Origin: Candidatus Saccharimonadota bacterium
Lineage (GTDB): Bacteria; Patescibacteriota; Microgenomatia; UBA1406; GWC2-37-13
Length of the DNA stretch: 32,000 nucleotides
Direction of reading: 5' to 3'
NCBI GenBank assembly: GCA_001790095.1
Contig: MGBH01000001.1
Span: forward strand, 810,001-842,000
The notes under the pieces: generated by a model
The model's input: the letters and a program-made list of their open reading frames with translations, nothing else
What the model was told of the DNA's origin: nothing
Databases searched by the model: none
Shown here: one piece after another, positions 17,167 through 26,500 of the stretch
Layout of the letters: the number at the start of each line of letters is the position of its first letter
Numbering within the stretch: position 1 is the first letter of the stretch
Position numbers and translations under genes: made by a program

Positions 17167-17811
17167 ATGCATATAATTTCTCAGACTCGCTTCTCAGGTC
17201 TTATTGGTATGATAGGTTCAACTTTCTTTTTGTCATGCGTTATCGTTTTGGGATTTATACAACCTGGTTATAACCATCTAACAAACACTGTGAGTTATCT
17301 GGCTGTTGGAAAATACGGATTCATACAGTCTATAAATCTACTCATACTTGCCCTTACAAATACCGTTTTAGGTATGGGACTAGGAAAAAGTATACATCGC
17401 AAATACTTAAATCGTACGTCTGCTATATTTATCTTCTATACGATTGTACTGCTATTGGTTACCGTTTTCCCTACAGACAAATCAGTTGATCAAAGCGTCT
17501 TCAAACTTCAACTCATCACTTTTTCAGGGTTCTTGCATTTTTCGGTTGTAACAGCCTGCTTAATATTATCACCTCTCCTTGTCTTGCTCATTATCCAAGA
17601 TTTAAGGCAAAACTCCTACTGGAAAAAGCTTGTACCCTATACCATAGGAGTGCTCATCTCAAATTTCTTAATCAGCTGTTTATTTTATGTATTTCTTTTA
17701 AGCAATACAATGATCTTTTGGAAAGGCCTGATGCAAAAAGTTGTTATTTTCAACGGTGTTATTTGGTATTTTGTAATTTCATTATTTTTGTATAAACACT
17801 GCGATTCATAG
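17167..17811 (+). CDS. DUF998-like integral membrane protein
   Basis: About 6 TM segments. The N-terminal GFIQPGYNHLTNTVSYLAVG resembles the DUF998 signature as I remember it. Confidence 0.55.
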   Translation: MHIISQTRFSGLIGMIGSTFFLSCVIVLGFIQPGYNHLTNTVSYLAVGKYGFIQSINLLILALTNTVLGMGLGKSIHRKYLNRTSAIFIFYTIVLLLVTVFPTDKSVDQSVFKLQLITFSGFLHFSVVTACLILSPLLVLLIIQDLRQNSYWKKLVPYTIGVLISNFLISCLFYVFLLSNTMIFWKGLMQKVVIFNGVIWYFVISLFLYKHCDS

Positions 17812-17821
17812 ATTGTTTAAA

Positions 17822-18634
17822 CTATATAACCTTTGCCGCTCCATAGGGAGATAATAGCTTCATTTTTTTTGCATGATTCCACATAAATTCATGTATTTGT
17901 TTCTGCATATTAGCTAAATATTCGTTATAGATCTCAACACAGAATACATCACGTCCGGTAAAATTATAAAGAGCGTAGACGTTGTTATAGATGAGCGCTT
18001 CACAGGTAGTTCGTAGATCTTTTGGATCTATATATCTAGCCTGCCAATATGTACTGGCAAACTCCTTCACTTTTGTCCAATTTTTGAATTCTTTTACATT
18101 GGAAAGCTGTTTAACATGTATCCTCCTTTGCGCAAACAATCCCCGCATCTTTTCTGAAAAATTATCGTCAAGGAACTTGGTCATTTTATAGACCTCAATG
18201 GTACGCAGTGTACCTTTTGCAGAAAGGGAGTTATAAGTAACTTGTTCCAGCCCTTTTTTACCTGAATAGTAAAGTATCTTTGTCTTGGTTTTGGCATGTG
18301 AAGCTACTACCTCAAGTTGAGGTAAAAGCGTTGACAGATTATTTTTTAAAGTAGCAAGCTCTGCTTCTTTGCGAGTTAGAAGCTGACTTAATGTCAAAAG
18401 ACTGGTGGTGCCGAATTTGAGACCTAAATCATCCAGCTTTTGGGCAACTAACTGTTTTTCCCTAAGCTTGTCCAGAATTCTGTACACCTTAGTCCTTCCA
18501 ACGTGTAATTTTCGGCTTATCGCAAGCGCTGATAAATAACCTTCTTCAAGTAATAACAAGTAAATCTCTGCTTCTTCTTCAGCAATTCCATATGGCTTCA
18601 GAAGATTTATTAAGTTGTCTGTTTGATTAAACAT
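17822..18634 (-). CDS. TrmB-family transcriptional regulator
   Basis: N-terminal wHTH YGIAEEEAEIYLLLLEEGYLSALAISRKLHVGRTKVYRILDKLREKQLV. ATG 18634 is preferred over GTG 18637. Confidence 0.8.
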   Translation of the reverse strand: MFNQTDNLINLLKPYGIAEEEAEIYLLLLEEGYLSALAISRKLHVGRTKVYRILDKLREKQLVAQKLDDLGLKFGTTSLLTLSQLLTRKEAELATLKNNLSTLLPQLEVVASHAKTKTKILYYSGKKGLEQVTYNSLSAKGTLRTIEVYKMTKFLDDNFSEKMRGLFAQRRIHVKQLSNVKEFKNWTKVKEFASTYWQARYIDPKDLRTTCEALIYNNVYALYNFTGRDVFCVEIYNEYLANMQKQIHEFMWNHAKKMKLLSPYGAAKVI

Positions 18635-18639
18635 CACCT

Positions 18640-18667
18640 TTAACTATAGCGCATTATCAAATATAAT
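18640..18667 (+). promoter_or_regulatory. Promoter of the EamA gene, geometry implies a leaderless transcript
   Basis: TTAACT (18640-18645), 16-nt spacer, TATAAT (18662-18667). The ATG at 18675 is only 7 nt downstream and there is no SD. Confidence 0.4.
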
Positions 18668-18674
18668 TCAACAT

Positions 18675-19544
18675 ATGAACCCTAAGCTTAAAGGAATTGT
18701 CTATATCACCCTTTCGGCCGTCTGTTTTGGCAGCTATGGAATCTGGTCTCGAATGATGGGTAATGCTTTTGATGACTACTCCCAAGCATGGATACGCGGC
18801 ATAGTGCTTCTTACGATACTATTTCCCTTAGGGATAATAACCAAAAGCTTCAAAAAAGTCCGTAAACAAGATATAGTGTGGTTTGTCGCCATATCAGTAG
18901 GCGGTGGTTTTAACCAAGCGCCATATTTTTATGCCTTTAACAAGCTCGATATTGGCACAGCCACACTTCTTTTTTATGCGAGTCTTACTTTAGCTGGATA
19001 TTTCTGGGGTAAAATCTCTTTTTTTGAAAAATTAACGACAGTTAAATTAGTATCACTCGCTCTTGCTATTATTGGTCTTAGTATGATTTTTACATTTAGT
19101 CTGAACCTCCAAACTATATTCCCAGCTCTTGCTGCAGTGGTCGCCGGCTTTATGGGTGGTACTGAAGTAAGTCTCTCCAAAAAAATCTCCCATCGCTACT
19201 CTACTTTACAAACAATTCTCACCATTTTTACTACAATGCTTATTGGTAACTTTCTCATATCTGCTGCCTTAAGAAATATAACCATTCCTCCTCTTACACT
19301 GTCTGGTGCCTGGGTGGGAGAAATAGGTTATACAATAGCCATGCTTTTGGCCATGTACTTTGTAGTTATCGGTTTTAAATATATTGAGGCAAGTGTCGGC
19401 TCAATCGTAGGCTTAAGCGAAATTCTTTTTGCTGCTCTTTTTGGCTTTTTATTTTTTAAAGAAGTGCTTACGTTTTCCACTTTCATCGGAGGACTGTTCA
19501 TCATCTGTGCCGCTGCACTACCAAACATAAAAATGTCAAAATAA
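18675..19544 (+). CDS. EamA/DMT-family transporter
   Basis: 289 aa with about 10 TM segments in two similar halves, and a typical EamA N-terminus GIVYITLSAVCFGSYGIWSR. Confidence 0.8.
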   Translation: MNPKLKGIVYITLSAVCFGSYGIWSRMMGNAFDDYSQAWIRGIVLLTILFPLGIITKSFKKVRKQDIVWFVAISVGGGFNQAPYFYAFNKLDIGTATLLFYASLTLAGYFWGKISFFEKLTTVKLVSLALAIIGLSMIFTFSLNLQTIFPALAAVVAGFMGGTEVSLSKKISHRYSTLQTILTIFTTMLIGNFLISAALRNITIPPLTLSGAWVGEIGYTIAMLLAMYFVVIGFKYIEASVGSIVGLSEILFAALFGFLFFKEVLTFSTFIGGLFIICAAALPNIKMSK

Positions 19545-19561
19545 TATATGTTCGTTTTCTA

Positions 19562-19590
19562 TTTACAAGAGCCTATCTATTAGATAGTAT
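19562..19590 (+). promoter_or_regulatory. Sigma70-like promoter for the delta-60 repeat gene
   Basis: TTTACA (19562-19567), 17-nt spacer, TAGTAT (19585-19590). This is followed by SD GAGGA (19600-19604), 8 nt before ATG 19613. Confidence 0.45.
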
Positions 19591-19612
19591 TAAGTCTGTG
19601 AGGACTCAAAAA

Positions 19613-21001
19613 ATGTGTGTAAAGATACGTACACTCCAAATTGCCTTGATCATTTTCGTGTTGGGAACAATCCTTTTCGTAAACAAGATCATAAACGATG
19701 CTCGTATTTCGCAAAATTCAAGAGCATCCTCGCCTCCCGCTTCTTTAACAACGCAAAATACCTGGTATCGTGATACTACTTTTGCATCAGCATCTGGAGG
19801 AATTGTCAGGGAAGGTTTTGGTTTGTATGATGACTTTTGTAAACGTCTCCTTTTTACCAAAAGAGATTCCAAAGATAAGTTCTATTGTATCGGCAACTCA
19901 TATCAATATCCTCCTGGCACATATAGAGCTTCTTTTATCGCATTTGATGCAAATGGTGAAAACATATACAAAAAACAAATTCCCATTTACAAACAAGATA
20001 TGTTGCTCCACAATCCCATAGATACTGGAGCTTTTCAAGCCGACCAAAAACTGCTCCTCGGAGGTAGTATTGGCGGATATTTTTATCCCATCCAAACGTC
20101 TAGTGATTTTGTGCTCATGCGTCTTGATAATAATGACGAACTGGATCAAACATTTGGAACAGATGGTCTGGCAGTATTTGATTTTAATAAATCTGAGGAC
20201 ATAGCAAGAGATTTAATTGTCCAAAAAGACAATAAAATAATTATTGGTGGAAGTACCATAAGCTCGATTGCTCTCCTACGTACGGATCAAAACGGTCAGC
20301 TTGATACATCGTTTGGTACGGATGGTAGAGTCGTAGACGATCTTAATGGCACAGGAGGAGTAGTTAATCGCATAAAACAACTCAACGACGGAAATATTCT
20401 CGCAGTTGGGAATAAAAATAATGGGACTCTTTTTGTCCACAAATATTCATCCAGAGGAGATCTAATTGTCTCATTTGATACAATACCTGGTGAAGCGTAC
20501 GGTATAGAAGTGCATACTGATAATAAAATATTAATTGCAGGCGCAGTAGTGAAAGATAGCAAATACCATCTTCTTATCGCCCGCTACCATCCAGATGGTA
20601 CGCTAGATCAAACCTTTGGCACAGACGGAATGGTTATCAAGGCAGTCTACAATATTTCGCCTGTATGGCTAAAAAATACGCATTTATATGACATCAAACT
20701 GTATTACAACAAGATTCTCGCGGTAGGAACAGCCGACAAAGAGCAATTCATTGCAATACGTTTATCTATGGACGGAAGTGCAGATCAGGAATTTGGAGTT
20801 GATGGTCTGCTCCAAGAAGACTCTCCTCTTGAAGGACATGATATTTCGATAAAATCCATATACATGCTTCAAGACGGAAGATTCATGATCGGAGGAAGTG
20901 ATCGTGAAGTTAACTATGGCAATTTTAAGATGTATGTTTCGCGATATACCTCAGATAACATTACGCCACACAATATTTTCTTGCCTTTTATAAATAAATA
21001 A
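19613..21001 (+). CDS. Secreted/anchored beta-propeller protein with delta-60-type repeats
   Basis: Signal anchor IALIIFVLGTILFV. Motif recurs at ~55-60 aa spacing: LDQTFGTDGLAVFDF, LDTSFGTDGRVVDDL, LDQTFGTDGMVIKAV, ADQEFGVDGLLQED. The SD supports ATG 19613 over GTG 19598. Confidence 0.65.
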   Translation: MCVKIRTLQIALIIFVLGTILFVNKIINDARISQNSRASSPPASLTTQNTWYRDTTFASASGGIVREGFGLYDDFCKRLLFTKRDSKDKFYCIGNSYQYPPGTYRASFIAFDANGENIYKKQIPIYKQDMLLHNPIDTGAFQADQKLLLGGSIGGYFYPIQTSSDFVLMRLDNNDELDQTFGTDGLAVFDFNKSEDIARDLIVQKDNKIIIGGSTISSIALLRTDQNGQLDTSFGTDGRVVDDLNGTGGVVNRIKQLNDGNILAVGNKNNGTLFVHKYSSRGDLIVSFDTIPGEAYGIEVHTDNKILIAGAVVKDSKYHLLIARYHPDGTLDQTFGTDGMVIKAVYNISPVWLKNTHLYDIKLYYNKILAVGTADKEQFIAIRLSMDGSADQEFGVDGLLQEDSPLEGHDISIKSIYMLQDGRFMIGGSDREVNYGNFKMYVSRYTSDNITPHNIFLPFINK

Positions 21002-21015
21002 AAAGTCTACCCTCT

Positions 21016-21330
21016 TTAAAACAGTTTTTTTTCTTTATCAAGTAGTGGAAGTTTGTCGGCTTCTTTTTTAATCTGACGTGATACCTGATGATAACTCACC
21101 CAACCTGCACCAAATCCTACAAGCGATGCAAGAGTAAATAATCCTCCCATTAATTTTATTACGGGATTTTCTATGAACTTTGCAAGACTGACCGCTCCAA
21201 CCAAGACGGTAAAACATGTACGGGTCACCGCAAGAAATGTACGTTCATTTGCAAGAGCAGTTCTTTCAATATCAAGCTCTTCACGTACAACAAGATCCTG
21301 TTTGTTTAAATTAGAGTCAACATCGGTCAT
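21016..21330 (-). CDS. DUF202 (YidH-like) small membrane protein
   Basis: ERTALANERTFLAVTRT motif followed by two TM segments. Confidence 0.7.
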   Translation of the reverse strand: MTDVDSNLNKQDLVVREELDIERTALANERTFLAVTRTCFTVLVGAVSLAKFIENPVIKLMGGLFTLASLVGFGAGWVSYHQVSRQIKKEADKLPLLDKEKKLF

Positions 21331-21390
21331 ATATATATGATAGCAGACTACTTTCCTAAACTTCGAATAATTTTCTCCACAAACACACTT

Positions 21391-21425
21391 CCGAAGTGTA
21401 ATAGGTCTTTGTGATATGATGAATA
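21391..21425 (+). repeat. Direct repeat copy 2 (perfect 24-nt core 21402-21425)
   Basis: CCGAAGtgtaaTAGGTCTTTGTGATATGATGAATA. It ends 4 nt before ATG 21430. The TATGAT hexamer lies 9 nt upstream of that ATG. Confidence 0.8.
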
Positions 21426-21429
21426 TAAC

Positions 21430-22245
21430 ATGACTGAAAATAATACTTACGCTCAGACTATGATTGATCGTTCAAGAAATGATAGAAGAATTTTATTTGA
21501 AAAAAGACGTCCGCCTATCTTTACTACAACCCCACCTCTATCACCTGATCAGATATCCTTTGTCCTCTCTTCGTTTGTAGCTGAAACCATCCGAAAATGC
21601 AAACCTCTTGTTAAAGGATCTGATTTTATTGATGAAGATGTAATTGTTCTTCGTATGCCTGAGGATGCCCATCTTATTCCGCTTCTTGAACCAATTCTTT
21701 TTAATGAACTCCTTTCTTATAAAAGAAGCACATCCCCTGAAAAATATACAGCACTTGATACACTTATCTTGACAGATCCTCATTTTTCAGATGTTACATC
21801 TCAGAATGTTGGGGGTGAAACACTTCTTACTCATGAACTTAGACATCATATCCATGATGATAACGCTTCAACAATACCCACTGAGGGATTGTTTCGAACA
21901 ACTATCCCTCAAACAGACGATTATATTGCTTTAAAATTTTTTCAGGAAGGTAAAAAAATCCATTTTGTTGGATATAATATTTCTGATCCATCAATGTACC
22001 CATTATCCAATGTTGATAGCGAACTTGGACCCAATTATCCTGCAGTCAATGACGCATATCAAGCTGTAAGAAAATTCACATCTTTCCCCTACCCGTTTGC
22101 AGATAAAATACAAGCATGGATTGAGTTATCTCGTATAATGATAGGCAAATCGAAAAAACTCACTTCTCAATGGCATATGAAACAAAGACTCACAAAAGCT
22201 TGGAAAGCTCAACATCCTGAGATTAATTGTAAAGAATATCAATAA
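21430..22245 (+). CDS. Hypothetical protein with HExxH zinc-peptidase-like motif
   Basis: LLTHELRHHIHDD contains HELRH. No TM or signal peptide. No family recognised. Confidence 0.5.
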   Translation: MTENNTYAQTMIDRSRNDRRILFEKRRPPIFTTTPPLSPDQISFVLSSFVAETIRKCKPLVKGSDFIDEDVIVLRMPEDAHLIPLLEPILFNELLSYKRSTSPEKYTALDTLILTDPHFSDVTSQNVGGETLLTHELRHHIHDDNASTIPTEGLFRTTIPQTDDYIALKFFQEGKKIHFVGYNISDPSMYPLSNVDSELGPNYPAVNDAYQAVRKFTSFPYPFADKIQAWIELSRIMIGKSKKLTSQWHMKQRLTKAWKAQHPEINCKEYQ

Positions 22246-22250
22246 ATAAT

Positions 22251-22430
22251 ATGGCCAATACAAATAATGAACTCCCTCCTAACCTTTTGGAAAATATAAA
22301 GAAAATCTTTGGCGTAATACTTTCTCTTCTTAATCAGTTTTTCACCAAAATCTTACCCGTACTTGGTTTCATCTTTTTCCTTATTCTCGGCCTTCTTTAC
22401 CTGTTTTTTAAGATATTTGGGTTTGCTTGA
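22251..22430 (+). CDS. Possible small membrane protein (59 aa; below ORF-track cutoff)
   Basis: Own translation: MANTNNELPPNLLENIKKIFGVILSLLNQFFTKILPVLGFIFFLILGLLYLFFKIFGFA. It has one or two hydrophobic helices and starts 5 nt after the upstream stop. Confidence 0.3.
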   Translation: MANTNNELPPNLLENIKKIFGVILSLLNQFFTKILPVLGFIFFLILGLLYLFFKIFGFA

Positions 22431-22443
22431 ATGAAGAATGAAA

Positions 22444-22812
22444 TCAAAACAAATCTTTCATTATCTTTTCCACTTCACGATCGTTGATATGGTGATATCT
22501 CCCTCTGTGTGGTAATAATGCGCCTGAGAAAGTCTTGGGAATATGCATCAGCTCATGGATTAGTGTCTTTATCTTTTCACGTTCGGATAATTTATCAAAG
22601 CGCTTTGCAATAACCTCGATGATATAGTTTGGCTCAATTCCTGCCACTTCATGGAATAACTTTGACATCCCCCAGATGCGCGCATATGCCCTAGTCTTTG
22701 CATCAAATGAACGTATGCAGTGGACGTTTTGAGTTTTGATATGAGTAAACTCGAGTTTTTCCACAAGCCTTTCTATAGTTCGCTTGATTTCAGGGGCTTT
22801 CAGATACTGCAT
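22444..22812 (-). CDS. Small predicted metallopeptidase (archaeal-type, SprT/Wss1-like size)
   Basis: YARIWGMSKLF...IEPNYIIEVIAKRFDKLSEREKIKTLIHELMHIPKTFSGALLPH contains the HExxH motif HELMH. It resembles the small 'predicted metallopeptidase' family, which I recall as COG4900. Confidence 0.65.
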   Translation of the reverse strand: MQYLKAPEIKRTIERLVEKLEFTHIKTQNVHCIRSFDAKTRAYARIWGMSKLFHEVAGIEPNYIIEVIAKRFDKLSEREKIKTLIHELMHIPKTFSGALLPHRGRYHHINDREVEKIMKDLF

Positions 22813-22837
22813 GATCTATTCAGAATACCATATATAT

Positions 22838-22866
22838 TTGCAATCTTCTGCAGACGATGCTATCAT
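22838..22866 (+). promoter_or_regulatory. Promoter with leaderless geometry for the 22872 gene
   Basis: TTGCAA (22838-22843), 17-nt spacer, TATCAT (22861-22866). ATG 22872 lies 5 nt downstream. Confidence 0.4.
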
Positions 22867-22871
22867 AAAAC

Positions 22872-23552
22872 ATGGTTTCAACACTACCAACACATGAAAT
22901 AAAAACACCAAATCGTTTTATGGTAAATCTCCCCATACCAGAATCACCTCCGGGTCTACCATTTGCTTTAAAACCAGCAATATTTGATAACGTCCCTACT
23001 GATCTGCCTCCACTCCAAGAAGCAGTAATAGAAAAAGCATCAGGTATAGTGGCAGGAATGGTAGGGCATGATAGATCTAGCGAAGCACGTCTCCGCTACC
23101 TCAACTCTTCTCCTCGCTTTGACATCAATCAAAAAACATATAAAGAATATGCTCGGGGGGATGAAGAGAAAGCTCAACAAGGCATGAGGGAGGATGTAGA
23201 GAAATTAAACAAAACCATCTCTTCTCCAGAAGGTGAAGTATTGTTAACAACAAGTAGAGATGCATGGGTTAAAGGTGACAATCAAAGAAGAAGACCTAAT
23301 TTTACCATTACTGCAAAGACTGATACGACAGGCAAACCATGTTACGAAATGGCCATAAGCCCAAACTCTGACGGCGGCTCAAACCTTGATCTAACCTTAT
23401 CGCCAACTTTTTCCTGGGTAGTAATATCAGACAACGGATCACTAAAAATCACAAACCACGGACAAGTGGTTGAACCCAGCGAAGATGTTTTGAAACAAGT
23501 TGGCTCCTTGCTTGACGCAACTCTTTTGTCATTCTCCTCCACTTCTCCTTGA
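22872..23552 (+). CDS. Hypothetical protein (226 aa)
   Basis: Clean ORF with no TM, signal peptide or recognisable motif. Confidence 0.5.
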   Translation: MVSTLPTHEIKTPNRFMVNLPIPESPPGLPFALKPAIFDNVPTDLPPLQEAVIEKASGIVAGMVGHDRSSEARLRYLNSSPRFDINQKTYKEYARGDEEKAQQGMREDVEKLNKTISSPEGEVLLTTSRDAWVKGDNQRRRPNFTITAKTDTTGKPCYEMAISPNSDGGSNLDLTLSPTFSWVVISDNGSLKITNHGQVVEPSEDVLKQVGSLLDATLLSFSSTSP

Positions 23553-26500
23553 CATCCTATCTCATTTCTTATTATATTGGTATATAGGGCATATTTTATT
23601 TGTTGTTCAATTTATCACAACGAATATAGGTAATAAAAGCTTTCTAATAAAATCCGCAAGAAGAATACAGACTGTTGTCACGCATATAATCGTGGTGTTT
23701 TTTTTATTGTCCTTGTGTTTCCCTTCTTTTATAGCCGCACAAACCTTTGAACATGATTTTCTCTATAAGTTTGTGAGCAACTGGTCAGATGTCACCACAG
23801 ATGGAAGCTATCTGTATGTCACCAACTCCGCTTACTCACAAATTGACAAATATGATATTACCGGAATCAGTACCCCTCCCAACTACGGACACCAAACCTC
23901 CAACTGGGGTCACTATGGCACTGGTAATGGACAGTTAAAACAACCCCAAGGCATAAGTTATGCAGGTACTAGCCTATATGTAGCTGACACTGGCAACTCA
24001 CGTATACAACAGTTCAATCCTACAACCGGTGCTTATGTGGCTAAATGGGGTACGTATGGGACAGGAGACGGTCAGTTTAATGAACCGCAAGGAGTTGCGG
24101 TTGACTCAGGTGAAGACTATATTTTTGTTGCAGATACGAAAAATAATCGTATCCAGGCGATAGCTACAGTTGATGGCACGGTAGCAAGTGTAGCTGGTAC
24201 ACTTGGCACTGGAGAGAATCAGTTCAGTTCCCCAAAAGGTATAGCGGTCATTGGATCAAGTCCGGATTACACGATATATGTAGCTGACACCGGAAATAAT
24301 CGAATCGTTCAGTACACTTTTAATACATCCTCTACTCCTGTTTTTAATCGCGTTGACTCAATCGGAGTCTATGGTACAACATCTGCTGATGGAACTGTTC
24401 GCTTTAACCAGCCCAATAAAATAAGCGTTGATTCAAGCGGATATTTTTACGTTACAGACACAACCAACCGGGTCCAAAAATTCAATAGCGGAAGAAACTA
24501 CGTGACTACTTGGAACGTGCAAGACAGCCATGGTACAACCGGTTTAGTCGCGGCAAGCCCTACCGTTTTATACGTGATTGAACCTAATCATCAAATCGAT
24601 GTATATAATGCCCAAACCGGAGTGTTTTCAACATCTTTTTTCCATGATTCAAACCAACCCGTTGACATCTCTCTGGATACAACGGGCAACATCTATATTA
24701 ATAACAGCACTACCAACACCGTTTCAAAATTTAGTTCTTCCTGGGTTCCTATGCTTGAATGGGGTGGAAGCGGTATGGATTTTAGCGGAGCGCTTGGAAT
24801 CGGTGTTAATACGGGCGGTGAAGTATGTGTGGCAGATACGGATAACAACCGTGTACAACGGTTTGACGAAAACGGTCTGAATCCATCCACTCTCCCTACT
24901 CCGGACGTAACTCCTGAGGGTTTCTCTGGCCCGAAAGACGTCGCCAATGAAGCAACAGGAAAAATGTATATTGCCGACTCAACCAATAACAGAATTCTTA
25001 AATACAAATCAGACAATACTCCCGACTGGGCTATTGGACTTCCAACTCCTACTTTTTCAGTCGGAGCCGGTACCCCAACACCGATTGCGCCAACCGGTCC
25101 ATATTTCCTCAATCCATATGGAATCACTGTTGATACAGAAAACAGGATATATATCGCAGACTCTGGCCATCATCGTATCCAAAAGTTTGACGCAAACGGG
25201 GTGATCCAAAATGCATGGGGAGAATATGGATCTGCTGACTCAAGTAGTATCCCTCAATTTGACAATCCGCAAGGTATGGCAATTGATAGTGATGGCAATA
25301 TATATGTAGCAGATACAGGAAACAATCGAATTCAGCGATTTGATCAGATCGGAACACTTGAAACACGAGTATTGTGGGGTACCTATGGAGCGCTTGATGG
25401 GCAATTCAATCAGCCAAGAAATGTAGCTGTTGATTCATCAGATCGTGTCTATGTAAGCGAGGTAGCAAATAGACGTATCCAGGTCTTTGGTGATGGTACG
25501 CTAAGTGCAGGCTTAACCGTAGTTGAGACAGGTGCAACTGCAGTGACCGAAGACGGATCGGTTATTGATTCCTATACAGTTAAACTTGCTTCCCAGCCAT
25601 CATCCAACGTCACGGTTGCAATAGCATCAAGCGATTCAACTCAGCTTACTGTATCTTCTACTTCGCTGACATTTACTCCATACAACTGGAATACACCTCA
25701 AATCGTCACGGTTACTCCCGTCCATGATTATATTGATCAAACACTCACCCAGACCTTATCTCTTAATCATACCCTTTCATCAACCGATGCCAACTATGAT
25801 AGTAGTGGAGCCACGGTAATAAGTGTACAGGTCACTCTTACTGATGTTGATACATCGGGAGTGACTCTTAGTGCAACCGAAGTGAATGTAGCGGAAGCAG
25901 GTGCTGTTGACACCTATACCATAGTCCTTGACTCCAAACCGACCTCAGATGTGGTTATCACCCCAACAAGCGCTGATGGCCAAACCACATTGAGTCCAAC
26001 AAGTCTTACGTTTACTACAACTAACTGGAATACTCCTCAAACTATCACTGTTACCGCAGTTCATGACAACATAGCAAATGGAGCGCGTGATAGCATTATC
26101 TCTCATGCGATCACAACATCAGACACATCAGGATACCAATCAATTACCCCTTCAGAAGTAACTGCACACATAACAGATACAACAGATGTTCCTGGTGTCA
26201 CTTTGAGTGAAAATACCCTTTCCCTCACTGAAGGAGGAGCATCAGGAACATATACAGTAGTTCTCAACTCCAAACCAACCTCAGATGTGGTTGTCACCAT
26301 AGCTGCATCATCCTCCTCAAGTCTTACTCTATCACCCTCTGCTCTTACTTTTACTGAATCAGATTATAATACGGTACAAACTGTGACCGTCAGCGCAGTC
26401 AACGATCATGTAGTAAATACCACTTCCCCCTATGATGTGGGTATAAGCCATACAAGTGCCTCATCTGATCCAAATTATGAAGCCACCACCTCATTTAGTG

